Shown in pieces: positions 1-12,220 of a DNA stretch of 46,320 nucleotides; position 1 is the first letter of the stretch, and the number at the start of each line of letters is the position of its first letter. The stretch spans positions 18,140,496-18,186,815 of the forward strand of contig NC_068991.1 of NCBI RefSeq assembly GCF_001194135.2. Direction: 5' to 3'. Source of the DNA: Octopus bimaculoides (Eukaryota). The notes beneath the pieces are model-generated. The model did not search any database, was not told the DNA's origin, and saw only the letters and a program-made list of their open reading frames with translations. The position numbers were made by a program, and so were the translations under genes.

Positions 1-246
1 GCTTGTGCGGGTGGCACATAAAAGACACCATTTCGAGCGTGGCCGTTTTCGTGCGGGTGACACGTAAAAGCACCCACTACACTCTCTGAGTGGTTGGCGT
101 TAGGAAGGGCATCCAGCTGTAGAAACTCTGCCAAATCGGACTGGAGCCTGGTGTTGCCATCCGGTTTCACCAGTCCTCAGTCAAATCGTCCAACCCATGC
201 TAGCATGGAAAGCGGACGTTAAACGATGATGATGATGATGATGATG
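1..246 (+). mobile_element. 3' end of a (GAT)n-tailed retroposon (probable RTE-type LINE 3'UTR or derived SINE)
   Basis: Near-identical copies at 17934-18290, 32758-33273 and 39728-40068. Ends in ccatgctagcatgg...gttaaac(gat)n. Confidence 0.8.
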
Positions 247-716
247 CTAACTGTTGGAATAAACACGCTATTCCTGAAAATCTTGCCAGAATGTTAAAAA
301 AAAAACTCTCAAGAAAAGTACAGTAATATCCTCTTTATGTCTGCCTCACTGTAACGATTAAGCAAAACAATAATGTCTTGCTTTAATAAGGATTCATAAT
401 GAACAGCTGACAGTAAGATTTGAAGCATCTACATTGTAAGCCAACATGGTTCTGCTGCTACATTTCTTCTCAGGGTGTGTGCATGCTCAAACATGCGTGT
501 GTGTGTGCATGCGTGCGCACTCACATTTTTATCACCTTGTGCATGTATAAATGCCTGATGTGTCTTTAACAGTTGTAGTATGTAGAATTGGCTGTACCAT
601 GAAAACAAAGCAAAACATCTGTAGAGAATTTGAATGTGAGCTTGTAAAATGATGATCAACACACACACACACATGTATTTATATACACATATGTATGCAT
701 AAATATACATGTGCAC

Positions 717-719
717 ATA

Positions 720-794
<75 letters not shown>
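717..794. repeat. (TA)n/(CA)n microsatellite
   Basis: Read directly from the sequence. Confidence 0.98.
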
Positions 795-795
<1 letters not shown>

Positions 796-1967
796 CAGTC
801 ATTTTACACCAACATCACAGAACGATGCCAGTAATATGAGTCAATTCACAAGGCTTAAAGCCAAGAGGCTAATAATATATTATTACCAATGCAGCTGCTC
901 CAACTCCTTATCATAGACTATATGTGAATATGTTTCTGTGTGTCAAACTTACTGTTATTTTACCATCATTCAACCCATGACTATACAGTTTGTTTGTTTG
1001 TTTTTTTTGATACATTATATTCAGGACTACTTAATCCAATAAGTATATTTACCCATTTCTAAGACAGGTATTGTTATAAAATTTTAAGACAATATGCCTA
1101 CAAATTTTAGGAGTTTGAGAGCACTCATACAGAAGCCTTTTTACTGACTACATGGCCAACAGTAAAAATTGAAGAGCAACTGAGATCACCTTGTTCCTCT
1201 ACTGTAGCTGTTACCAGAATCTACAGGTATATAGAAATCCATTGGACAACAGGAAGGCATGCAACATGTCCAGACTGACATCACTGCACTGTATATGATT
1301 CATCACTCCATGTCAGAGTGTGCAGTATAGTTCTCTACTAAGCAGAAGCAGAATGTATCTGAAAAAAACAAGTCTGCCTGATCTGAGCTCAACCAGAGTT
1401 ACTGTAGCAACAACTGTATGTAAATGCATATGAACCCATGTTAAATAGCTCCACTGAATCTCAAGATAGCTTAGACACTTCGATCATACACACAATATAA
1501 AGATTAAGATAAGGCATGACCTCACAATCAAGCTAAGCCCTATAAGAATCAAAGCAGTATAGTAGAGCAGTTCTATGAGCCAAGATTGGTTTTTACAAAA
1601 ACAAAAGTTAGAAGGAAAAAATAACCTTCAGAAACAATAATGACCAAACCAATTAAAAACACACACTTATCGGACACAGCACAATCAGCATATTTCAATT
1701 ACAACTTCAGATATCTAGTAAACATGTAACTAAGAAGATAACATTGAATAGTCAAATAATAAATAAATGTAATTAAAACATACAGCTATTAACATAAAAA
1801 AAAAATCCCATGTCAAATTGTGGATGGGTACACAACACATTTAGATGCCTGCCAGTGATATTGCAACTAGCAATTAATGAAATTTTGTTAAACTAAGTGT
1901 GTGTGTGCATGCACGTGCATGTGTGTGAGTGTGTGCGTGCATGCACATGTGTCCCCGTTTATATTAT

Positions 1968-2400
1968 TGTATTGAGCATGAGAAGCTCAAGAGAGGTGTT
2001 TGTAAGGGCGTTCTCAATATGAATCTGCCTGAGTATATTGGCGCATGCTCCTGTTTTAACATGTACGAACTGTGGTCAAGTCGAAGTAAGGCAGACCTTA
2101 GAAGTAATCAGAGAAGGCGAGTGCGCGCACGTTAACACACACAAAGGAATCATTAACTATGTATTTTATGGTATCTCTATTTCCAAGGAGTGTGGAAAAG
2201 AATATGTATCCGGAAAGGGACTAAAATGTCATATGAAACTTCATCAAAACACTACTGTAACACCTACTTCAAGAGGCACCCATCATTGCTACATTTGTGC
2301 AAAGGAGTGTAAGTCCTTGACAAGAGTGAAACACCACATCCGCCCAGCTCATATATAAGAGAACAATCAAGTGATGGCATTACTTGAAATCAAGTTGCAA
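1968..2400 (+). mobile_element. Degraded RTE-type LINE ORF2 C-terminus with tandem C2H2-like zinc fingers
   Basis: Frameshifted EHEKLKRGVCKG...LTCTNCG..SRSKADLRS, then ECGKEYVSGKGLKCHMKLH and CYICAKECKSLTRVKHHIRPAH. No TGEKP linkers. Followed by (CA)n. Confidence 0.6.
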
Positions 2401-2989
2401 CCATTGCTATACACACACACACACACACACACACACATTTGTAAATGAATTTATATGAACAACACAATACTCAATACAAATACTTTGCTGAGTATTTGTA
2501 TAGTGAGTACTTATTACAACAATAGAGTACTTACTACAACAAGAGTAGAGTTTTAAAATGTGTTTAGATATAGATTAATATCATTACTAATAGTTTCATA
2601 TCTGACTGAATGACTTCAGGTATTTTTTGGATGATGTCAGATTAGTAACCTTCCATGGTTGTATATCTTCATGAATTTTTTTTATTTGAAGCTGAGGATT
2701 TACTTTTGTGCGTCATTGTCTAATGTTTGCTTTCCATGCTGGACACTTTGACAGGAGCTGGCCAGGCAGGAGCCTGCATCAGACGTGTCTATTTTGGCAG
2801 TTTTTACAGCTGGATGCCCTCCCTAACACCAACTGCCCAGCAGAGTGCTTTTCACAACCACATTGAAAAAAGTTGGAGTAGTGTCAGAATGAATCAGCAA
2901 CTTTGAGTGAATAAATATACTGCACTTCAACGGTTGAGTACTTTCAATTATATACCAATTTGTTGGTAAAAAGAAAGCTCCTATCTAGA

Positions 2990-3400
2990 ACATGGATCTA
3001 GAGAGGTGTGTGCAGGCATGAATGTAATGGCTCAATGCTAGCATTGCTCTGAACTCTGAAGGGCTGTGGTTTGTGAGGATTTTGTAGAGAATTTTTGTTG
3101 AAGCAAGCTGTCTTCTGTGCTGTTGATAGCAAGTTTTTTGCTCCCCCACCCTGCCACACACAAACTGATCATCAGAGCATTCTTTTAGACTGCAGTGACT
3201 GGACGAGTTTGAGTATGCTGGAAGAGAGACTTATTCAGCATAGACTGTGCACTCCAAAATGCTTCAGATTTGTGCTTTGTAAATCATAGTTCTTCCATGT
3301 ATGGCCAGCTTGTTTACAATGTTTTGTAGTGCCCCAAGCCACTATACAGCTCCATTATGTATAATGGAAATATGCCCTCCCCACACCAGCCAGTTAGCCA
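2990..3400 (-). mobile_element. Degraded CR1/Jockey-group LINE ORF2 C-terminal region
   Basis: Minus-strand peptides IYKAQI*SILE (about 3252-3290) and HRRQLASTKILYKILTNHSPSEF (about 3051-3125) resemble the LYKAQIR..MEY and HRRNVASL.LFYRYFHG.CS.EL motifs. Confidence 0.65.
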
Positions 3401-3809
3401 TCAATGGTTACACCTAGAATATGCAGCTTACTTTTCCTAAAACTTGATGGGTTTCTGTATTTTGGTAGAATCATTGTTTTACACAACCAAAGTTGTCTTA
3501 CTCCATCACAATTTCTCTACTATCACTCATGCTTTTTTCCTTCCCATTCAATCTTTTGTTGTCTATCATTGTTCCTCTTCCATTACCCTCTTCTGCATCA
3601 CCTCTCGCTCACATTTTCACTTTATTTTCACCCTCTAACCCTGGTTTACTCCTCTAATCACTCGTTCAGCCATGTCGCCTCAAATGAAGAGAGGAGCAAA
3701 GAGGATTCTTTAGTCATGCCTGGAACAAAGCAGCTTCTTTAGTGCTGGCGCCATAATAAAATGCACCCAGTACATTCTGAGATTACGTACTCAAACTTCA
3801 TTCTAGCAG

Positions 3810-4430
3810 ACAGTCTGTGATGACAGGAAGTGATGACAAAATGAACCATTGTATTAGTGCTTAAAGAAGTGTCTTTATGCTATATATAGCTTGTTGATGT
3901 GCTGGTTTTAGCGACATCATTCTAATATACAATACTTATCTCTAGGCATGTGCCTTGTATGTGGCAAAACTTGTGTTTTGGCATTTGCATATCAGCTCTT
4001 AATTAGACATGCTTTTCATGCAGTTGTAGTTCACCTTAATGCTGTCTTTGTTGAACAGCTGATGGAATTCATAACTCTTTTCCAATTAGAGTAGACGTGA
4101 TTGCAATGCCAGTTTTTACACCAATACAGTGGATCATATTGTATAACATTTCCCTTTCAGGTTAGATGGTGATGGTGAATACTTTAGTCTTTCTAGCTGA
4201 TTTATTGGAACATGTAGAGGACACTCAGCAGTGATCGGTACATTGTGAGTGAATGTACAATGGGGTGTTATTTTGTTTCTTGAAAGGTTCAAATGATTCT
4301 GAGATCAGTTAAGCAATGACATGATAAACTGAATATGGAAGTTTAACATTATAAAGTATACTTCGATTGTCACTGTCAGGCTGAATTTGTTGTACATTGT
4401 AATTTGTCTCTTGGGAGAGTCAGTTAAGTA
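3810..4430 (-). mobile_element. Penelope-like element fossil (RT C-terminus to GIY-YIG endonuclease)
   Basis: Collinear minus-strand motifs NKFSLTVTIE, FEPFKKQNNTPLYIH, FHQLFNKDSIKVNYNCMKSM, CHIQGTCLEISIVY* and YI*...FKH*YNGSF, with stops and frameshifts. Confidence 0.85.
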
Positions 4431-4519
4431 CCTGTTCATACTGCTTCAAATCATGAGCTCAGTATCCCTTTTGAAGCCATTAAAACAGCTCTCCATATTG
4501 TAGTGTATGAACAAGCCTA

Positions 4520-4790
4520 CCAACTCAGGTAATTTGGTCTAACTAAAATTCCCCATGATGACATCAAAATTACTCACTCCAGCTTTCTTAACCTAGCTAC
4601 ACAGGACTTACAGAATACTCTCCAAAGAGTTAACTGCATCAGTACATCAACTCCTCAAGTTATTACCATCTGCAAAGCACCACAGTACTTTCAAAGTAAT
4701 TTGATTTCACAGAGCTTTGATTTGGAAACCAAGAGAAAATGTGAGATCATCAGCATATTATGGACAGCATTAGATAAAGCATGGTAATTT
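4520..4790 (+). mobile_element. Highly degraded RTE-type LINE RT fragment
   Basis: Frameshifted remnants resembling GNLGLTKNYRGITL and DFTKAFDSIHRGKM..IL.AYG. Confidence 0.45.
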
Positions 4791-6299
4791 AAGAATGGAT
4801 CAATGTCCTGCAACCTCTGTGATACAGAGAAGTTCCATCTCATCCTCTAACTCCAATTTTAAATGACAATAATACAACTAAACCAGTTATTAGAGACATT
4901 ACCTTGTATTGCGTTAAATACTGAGCCACCAAAGGAGTTTCTGCAGTCATTTGACCTGCTGGAATAAACTACTGAATTTTCCTCGAATTATGTCCAACAG
5001 CCTTGAAAAGGGAAGGATACATTGGATACTGTGTTCCTAAAATATACAACGCCTGAGACAAGAACTGGCTTGTCATGGTTCGAACACTTTTGACTATATA
5101 TTTGTTCAGTTAGGACTTAGACAAAGTAATAACAATAACAGCCTGGTTGACTATTAGAGTTACTAATACTGCTTCTATTTAGCTAAATATTTTTAGCATC
5201 TCAGTGTTTAATCCTGATAGAACTTAATATATAGAGTGCTTAGGAGGCAACAGCAGTGACTCACGGGCCTAGAGTTTCATGCTGAAGCATTTGTAACAGG
5301 TTTGAAAGTTACTCTATGTGCACAAATATATGCATGTATATATATATATGTAAATCTAGATTTCGGCAAGTATATTTGCATTCCTCTAAAATTAAGTAAT
5401 TCTAATGAGATGTTAATTCACCGATTATTCCAAGATAATTAATTATTGAAAAGCAAAGAAATCTTTTTTATTTATTCCTAATTAAATACACACACACACG
5501 CACACACAATACAAATACAATACACACACAACACACATACACTAGCTCACAGAAACTGAAAGGTATCTCAATTAAAAATAATGAAGTTAATAAAATAAAA
5601 TAAATGAAAATAAAATTTTAAAAAACAATTAAAAACAGGATTAATTAATTTTTTTGCTTTGTTATTCTACTTCAACAGTTCAAAATGTATTAACAAAACA
5701 AAAAGAACACAGAACAAAACAAAATTTTTTTTTTTAAATTCTTAATTAGTCCTGAAGCTGTATTAATTAAGGCAAGTTAGCATTAATTGTCTTGCCCTAA
5801 AGTCAGACACAACACAATTTCCCACCTAGAGAACAACAGTAGGATGGATACAGCAAACCACGAGGGGAGCCCCATTAAAAAGGGGCTAAGTTTATTATTA
5901 TGTCTATATTTTTATCCACTCAATTAGCCTGTCTTCAAGTGAACAAATAGTTAGATGGATGAATACACTTTTGCAAAAAATTCCAAAAGAGGTTTTTTTT
6001 TTTTAAATAATTTTTTTTTTTTAAATTAAATTAAACAAAAACAAAAGTCAGGGTTGGAAATGGGTTGGAAAAAAATAAATAAACCAAAAAACATGCCACA
6101 TGTAACTTACTGTGGGTTCTTGACCATCCTGAATCCACCGGAAATGAAAAAGCTTAATCATTAGCAAGAAGGCTATAGCACAGTAATAATAATAATGATA
6201 ATAATAATAACATAATAATAAGGTGAAGAGTATATATATATATATAATTATTATTAATATTATTACTAATAATATTTATAGTGAATAATAAAAAAATAA

Positions 6300-6335
<36 letters not shown>

Positions 6336-6336
<1 letters not shown>

Positions 6337-6550
6337 TTTCAAATTTTTGGCACAAGGCCAGCAGTTTTGGGGAGGGAGTAAGTTGATTACATTGATCTCA
6401 GCGATCAGCTGGTGCTTATTTCATCCTTTTGACCCCAAAAAGATGAAAGCCAAAGTCACCCTCGGTGGAATTTGAACTCAGAATGTAAAGAGTGATGAAA
6501 TCCCGCTAAGCATTTTTGCCTGGTACACTAACAATTCTGTCAGCTCGCTG
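6336..6550 (-). mobile_element. tRNA-derived SINE (family A, (TTA)n-tailed, central domain resembling the Meta domain)
   Basis: A-box-like head gagctgacagaattgttag, B box gagttcaaattcc, central gactttggctttcatctttt gggg motif, (TAA)n on + at 6281-6335. Confidence 0.85.
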
Positions 6551-6552
6551 CA

Positions 6553-6593
<41 letters not shown>

Positions 6594-6635
6594 AATAATA
6601 ATAATAATAATAATGATGATGATAATAATAATAAT
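6551..6635. repeat. (ATT)12 directly abutting (AAT)8, forming an AT-rich palindrome
   Basis: Read directly; centre of symmetry at 6590/6591. Confidence 0.95.
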
Positions 6636-7624
6636 CTCTCTAACATTTGTACAAGGTGACCACAAATTTGTTGATCAAAAGAGTGGAAGGTGAGGAGTTG
6701 ATTGATTCAAATGAATCAAGTCCAGTACACAGCTAGTAGTAATTCTTATCAAGCATAATGGGATAAACATTAAGTTCAATATCAACAGGATTTTAATGCA
6801 TATTACTGAGGGGCAAAATTAAACAGCTTAAGATATTTTAGTCTTATGTACACCCCGAGCAAGGAAGCAGTTGATAAATTCAACTCCACTATACCTTACT
6901 GATGATTATTGCAACAACCCTGGTGCAATCAGAATGTAAAAAGAAGAAACTAGAGATAGATGTCCCACCCACATTATGGAAGTGTTGGGCCCCTAAAAAT
7001 TTTGTCAGAACATGGAATTCCATGTTTCCTTTTGACTTTCAATGTTATGTAGCAGTCAATGAATATGAAAGTCAACAGGGAAAATGAGTTTCACATTATA
7101 GAACTCCATCTAGATTACAGCAAGATTTTTAGGAGAGAATGTCTGTAGTGTAAGACATAACATTCTATTGGTTCCTCCACTCAAAATAATAGTAATAACG
7201 ATGATTATAAGGATGATAACATAAGGATCTCAAAATTAAAATAAATTTTTGGAAATGAGCATACAGAGAGTACCAACAACAATAATTGTAATTACTGGTT
7301 GGCACACTGAGTATGGTTATCAAAAAAAATAAATATAAATAAAATAGAGCAAAACAAAAAGAAAAGAAAAGAAACAAAATGACGAAAACATGAATTAATA
7401 CATGACAACACTGCCAAGTCTCACAACATTGCATATGGGCCCCTGAAACAGCGCAACTAAGCACTACACACATTCTACACAGAATCCTCTCAATACAATT
7501 AACACAACATGTATAAGTGACACTCTGAAGTGACACTGAAAGTAACTTCTAATTAACATAATCAAAGAAAGTAGAAAAAAAAAAAAAAGAAATGACAATA
7601 CAATGAAACAGTCTTCACTATAAG

Positions 7625-7850
7625 TAATCCATTTGATACCAACCCACTGAAAACTGCCCTTGGTTTTGTGATATAAATTCCCTGCTTTAAAGGAATTTAA
7701 CTGAAAATTTTCCCTGAAAATTTCATGTTAATTTTTATTCTTAACACTAGTTTGATAATGACAGTTATTTTACTAAATTCTTCATCATTTTCAGAATTTA
7801 TTGAAAAAAAGGCAAGGCATTTCCCATAGAAATATGACAAAAGGGGTTAA
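7625..7850. mobile_element. Degenerate TTAA-flanked MITE related to 36484-36926
   Basis: Shares the tactaaattcttc / gtttgataatgacagttatt core and ends aaaaggggTTAA. Confidence 0.5.
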
Positions 7851-8624
7851 GTGATCTAAATTAAAACCACTCATTAAAATATCACGTTAATATATGTTCC
7901 AAACACCAGCTCAATAAGGACATAGTTATATTACCTTAAATTTGTCATTCTATTTAAAGTTTCAATAGGAATATGGTAACCAAAGGGGGTTTGTAAATAA
8001 GTAAATAAATCGATTATGGTTTGATTGTTAAGAATTCATTTGCTCAATCAATTGAATTAACATCAGCTCACTGCCTTAATAAAAATAATAGCTGTCACTC
8101 ACGAGTGAGAATGGCCTGATAGTATGTACCATGCCTTTGCTAATTGTTTTAGATGTCAATATAATCACAATCGGACAGAGACACCCTCTCCACCTTCCAC
8201 CCTTGACCCAACAGAACATTGGGGAGGTGAGAGCTAGTAACTATTTTCAGCTGAGCAGACTGGAGCAAAGACTGAAATGAAGTGTTTTGTTCAAGAGACT
8301 GAGAAGTGGGTGGGGATGACACTGCCTGATCCAAGAATCAAATCCACAATCATAAGGATTGTGAGCCCAACACCCTAACTGCTAGGTCAAGTGCCCGAGG
8401 TGCAAAAGCTTGTAACAATTCTTGCCTGCATGAACAGAAGATAGTAACTTTGTGGAGAAATAAATTTGATTCTATTTAAGATAGTAAACTGCTAGTTGTT
8501 GGTCCTGATAGAACAGATAGACCAATGATGAAAAGCATTCCAACCATGACAATCCAGTTTTTTTTTTACTGTCATGATATATTTAAAACTATATTGTCTA
8601 ATATGTACTTCTTGTTTTATTTTA

Positions 8625-8980
8625 AGGTTCTGGGTTCAATCTCATTGTATGGCACCTTGAGCATGTGTCTTCTACTATAGTCCCAGGCTGACCAAAGCCT
8701 TGTGAGTGAATTTGGTAGAAGGAAACTGAAAGAGGCCTGTCGTGTGTGTGTGTATCTATATGTGTGTGTGTCTTTGTGTCTGTGTTTGTCCCCCACTACC
8801 ACTTGAAAACCGGAGTTAATGTGTTTACATCCCCATAACTTCACAGTTCGTCAAAAGACACCAATGGAATAAGTACTAGGCTATAAAAAATAAGTCCTGG
8901 GGTCAGTTTGTTCAACTAAAACACATCAAGGCAGTGTTCCAGCATGGCCGTAGTCATATGACTGAAACAAGTGAAAGAAT
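8625..8980 (+). mobile_element. tRNA-derived SINE (family B, CORE-like ggcaccttgggcaagtgtctt segment, internal (TG)n)
   Basis: Homologous to the copies at 9317-9696, 31345-31728 and 33290-33680. Confidence 0.85.
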
Positions 8981-9316
8981 GTAGTTTCAAGAGAGATTTG
9001 GCTAATATTTCTAGCAGAGAGAGAACCACGTAGAAGTTCCTTGTTGAGTAGTCTCCTAGGCATGTGACCAGGTGGTCAGTCTCTATTAAACAAATTATAT
9101 AACCCAAGACATTCTAACTGGAAGTGTACCATGTATTTTTTTTTTTTCAGTGACAATATTGCTAAGATCACATTACTCAAGGTGTGCTTCACTTTTTAAG
9201 ATGATAGGGTTTGATTTCAGAGATATTTCACTGTTATTTCTAGAAGGTATTTTACTTGTGTGATACATAGAACTGCATGGTTTACTTTTGGTTTTAGTGT
9301 GTGTGTGTGTGTGTAT

Positions 9317-9466
9317 GTGTATAGATATATAAGTGCAGGTAAGAAGTTTGATTCCCAACCACATGGTCTTGGATTCAGTCCTGTTGTGTGGCATCTTGGG
9401 CAAGTGTCTTCTACTAGAGCCTTGTGAGTGGATTTGGTTGACAGAAACTGAATGAAGCCCATCATT

Positions 9467-9501
<35 letters not shown>

Positions 9502-9696
9502 CCCCACTCCCCTGCACCACTTGACAACTGGTGTGGGTGTGTTTATATCCCTGTAACTTAGTGGTTCGGCAAAAAAGACCGATAGAATAAGTACCAGGCT
9601 TATAGAAAAAAAAGTACTGGGGTCGATACATTTGACTAAAAATTCTTCAAGGTGGTGCCCCAGCATGGCCACAAGTAAAAGATAAAAGAAAGATAA
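9317..9696 (+). mobile_element. SINE family B copy
   Basis: tRNA-like head, CORE-like segment, (TG)n, and aagtaaaagataaaaga tail. Confidence 0.85.
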
Positions 9697-9711
9697 CTAT
9701 ATATATATAAA

Positions 9712-9975
9712 ATGGGGAAGTTTAATTATCTCAAAGCTGTATTCATGAGTGATGGAAGATGGGAAGCTGAATTCGATGCTAGAATTGCAGGTACAGGTAC
9801 AGTAATGCACCTGCTCCACATTCAATCCTCAAAAGATGAGAGGTTGGTAAAAAAGTCTAACTTACTATCTTCAATTCAGTTTCTGTACCTATCTTCACCT
9901 ATGGTCATGAATGTCAAGTAATGACAAAAGAGAACGATCATGAATACAAGGAGTCAAAAATGGAGTTCTTCTGAA
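9712..9975 (+). mobile_element. RTE-clade LINE RT C-terminal fragment
   Basis: GKFNYLKAVFMSDGRWEAEFDARIAGTGTVM resembles FKYLGVVFTSDGR.E.E.DARIGKASAVM, then a frameshifted VPIFTYGHECQVMT...EMEFF. Confidence 0.8.
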
Positions 9976-9984
9976 GGTACTGGT

Positions 9985-10127
9985 TCGAAATTTCCTCAGA
10001 AACACCTGATGAAGGCTGGAGGGTATATCAGCCGAAAGGTTGTGTTAACAACAAGCAGGATGAGGACAAATATCCGTCTAATGTAAATAATGTACATAAT
10101 ACCTCATCTCTTAAATAGAGAACTGAA
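9985..10127 (+). mobile_element. Penelope-like terminal (pLTR) fragment
   Basis: The cctgatgaag...ccgaaa.gttg signature typical of PLE termini, followed by an AT-rich tail. Confidence 0.65.
10001..10046 (+). ncRNA. Minimal type-I hammerhead ribozyme of Penelope type, probably inactivated in this copy
   Basis: Stem I AACAC(10001-05)/GTGTT(10042-46); core CTGATGA(10006-12) plus an extra A; stem II GGCTG(10014-18)/CAGCC(10029-33); GAAA(10034-37); then G-GTT, where canonical PLE copies would read C-GTT. Confidence 0.8.
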
Positions 10128-10139
10128 AGAAATCAACCC

Positions 10140-10377
10140 CAGGACTTTGTAAGCCTGGTACTTATTCTATTGGTCTCTTTGGCCAAACCGCTAAGTTACG
10201 GGGACGTAAACACACCAACTTCGGTTGTGAAGCAATGGTGGGGTGGGGGACAAACACAGACACACAAACATATATATGACAGGCTTCCTTCAGTTTCCAT
10301 CTACCAAATCCACTCACAAGGCTTTGGGCAGCCTGAGGCTCTAGTAGAAAACACTTGCCCAAGATGCCACACAGTGG
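10140..10377 (-). mobile_element. SINE family B copy running into the gap
   Basis: Reverse complement of the family B body (cagtttccatctaccaaatccactcacaaggcttt). Confidence 0.85.
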
Positions 10378-10630
10378 NNNNNNNNNNNNNNNNNNNNNNN
10401 NNNNNNNNNNNNNNNNNNNNNNNNNNNNNNNNNNNNNNNNNNNNNNNNNNNNNNNNNNNNNNNNNNNNNNNNNNNNNNNNNNNNNNNNNNNNNNNNNNNN
10501 NNNNNNNNNNNNNNNNNNNNNNNNNNNNNNNNNNNNNNNNNNNNNNNNNNNNNNNNNNNNNNNNNNNNNNNNNNNNNNNNNNNNNNNNNNNNNNNNNNNN
10601 NNNNNNNNNNNNNNNNNNNNNNNNNNNNNN
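10378..10630. other. Assembly gap (253 N)
   Basis: N run, followed by (TA)n. Confidence 1.
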
Positions 10631-10665
<35 letters not shown>

Positions 10666-11780
10666 TCATTTTACTGGTTTCAGTCATTGCATTGGATCGT
10701 GCTTGGGCATTTCCTTCAAGAGTTTTAAACAATATTAACCCCAGTACTCATTTTATTAACTGGCTAAGTTCATGTGAGTTACATCTCATTAGGAAGTTAT
10801 GAGCCTTTCACGAATGTAAATACTAGTATTGACACTAATACACACAAACTCAGACATACTCAACCACACATATCCACCATTAACACACATACATACACAC
10901 ATATAATGGGCTTCTACACAGTTTCCATCAAATTTCACTCACTATTATTGATCAATCTAAAGGTTATGATATACGATATTTGCCCAAGGTCATATGTAGT
11001 GGAATAAACATGGAACCACAAAGCTGGAAAATAAACTTTTTCAGTCATACACCCATGTCATACACACATACACACACACAATCAATAGCAATTGGTCAGT
11101 TACCTGCGTAGTTTCTACTTAGGTTACTTTGGTTGCATTCGTCATCACCCATTCCTCATAACCTCTCTATTACTAACATCACTGTCATCACCAGTAAATC
11201 AGCATTTGATGCTTGCATCCATTATTGATGTATTCGTCATCACATTATTTGATACTTTCACCTTCATCACAATTTTCTTAGTCATCATCATCATCAGAAC
11301 AACCACTTTTCCATGTTTGCCTGGATTAGATAGAATTCACTGAGGCGGATTTTCTATGGCCAAATGCCTCTCCTGTTGCCAACCTTCACAATGTTACCAA
11401 GCAAGGCAATATTTTTCCATGGCCAGACATGTTTTCACAAAATATTGGGAATGAATGTGACACTGTTTCTATGACAGTAACACTTATTTTTTTTCAGACA
11501 TAATGTATCTAAGTCTACATTAGTTAATGAATTCTTCCATTTTTTTAAAAGAAAATAATAGAGAATGAATGATTTGAAGGAGATCGGGTAGATGCTTCTA
11601 GAAGAACAAATGACCATGGCTCATAGGAGATCCTTTAGTGCAGTCAACGTTTTCATATTTTGGGAAGGAAGATATGTACCATAATTTAAGAAAAAAATAC
11701 CTCATAAAAACCAGGTGTCTCATTTGTCAATCAGCATTTAAATTTCTTTTTTTCTGTTTGAAAACATGATGAAAGGAACA

Positions 11781-11827
<47 letters not shown>

Positions 11828-12173
11828 CATATATATATACACATACACACAATCTCACACACATACATGCAAACATTAACAAACATAGGCATATGAATAA
11901 AAGCACATAAGCAAACACGATATGTACACACACACATACACGCACAATGTCAATCCTTTTAGGAGTTGCAAGAATCTAAAGACAAAGTATTCAACTATGA
12001 TTTCAGTAGGTTGAGCAACTTAGAGTCAAATCTCCTCCTTGTCTTGAACATAACATCATATGTAAGATGCACGCACATATACAAACACACATAAGCACAT
12101 ACATGTCATTTAGTACATTGAAAAGCATACACATGTCATTCTTTAATTCATTCACTCTGTCCATTCGGGAGCA

Positions 12174-12220
<47 letters not shown>

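Noticed and set aside
429-916. ORFs rich in YI, CV or HT repeats here and at 11727-12236, 12859-13153, 21053-21286, 22232-22661 and 28809-29093
   Set aside because: These are translations of (TA)n, (CA)n and (TG)n microsatellites, which lack stops in some frames.
2038-2358. Host C2H2 zinc-finger gene
   Set aside because: No TGEKP linkers, a frameshifted first finger and RTE-like upstream peptide; treated as a LINE remnant.
7165-7560. 123-aa minus-strand ORF behind a strong polypyrimidine tract (possible alternative terminal exon)
   Set aside because: Low-complexity Cys/Phe/Leu composition, no homology that I recognise, and no supporting donor or poly(A) logic.
10170-10802. Long ORFs spanning N runs here and at 22644-23439
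   Set aside because: Artefacts of assembly gaps.
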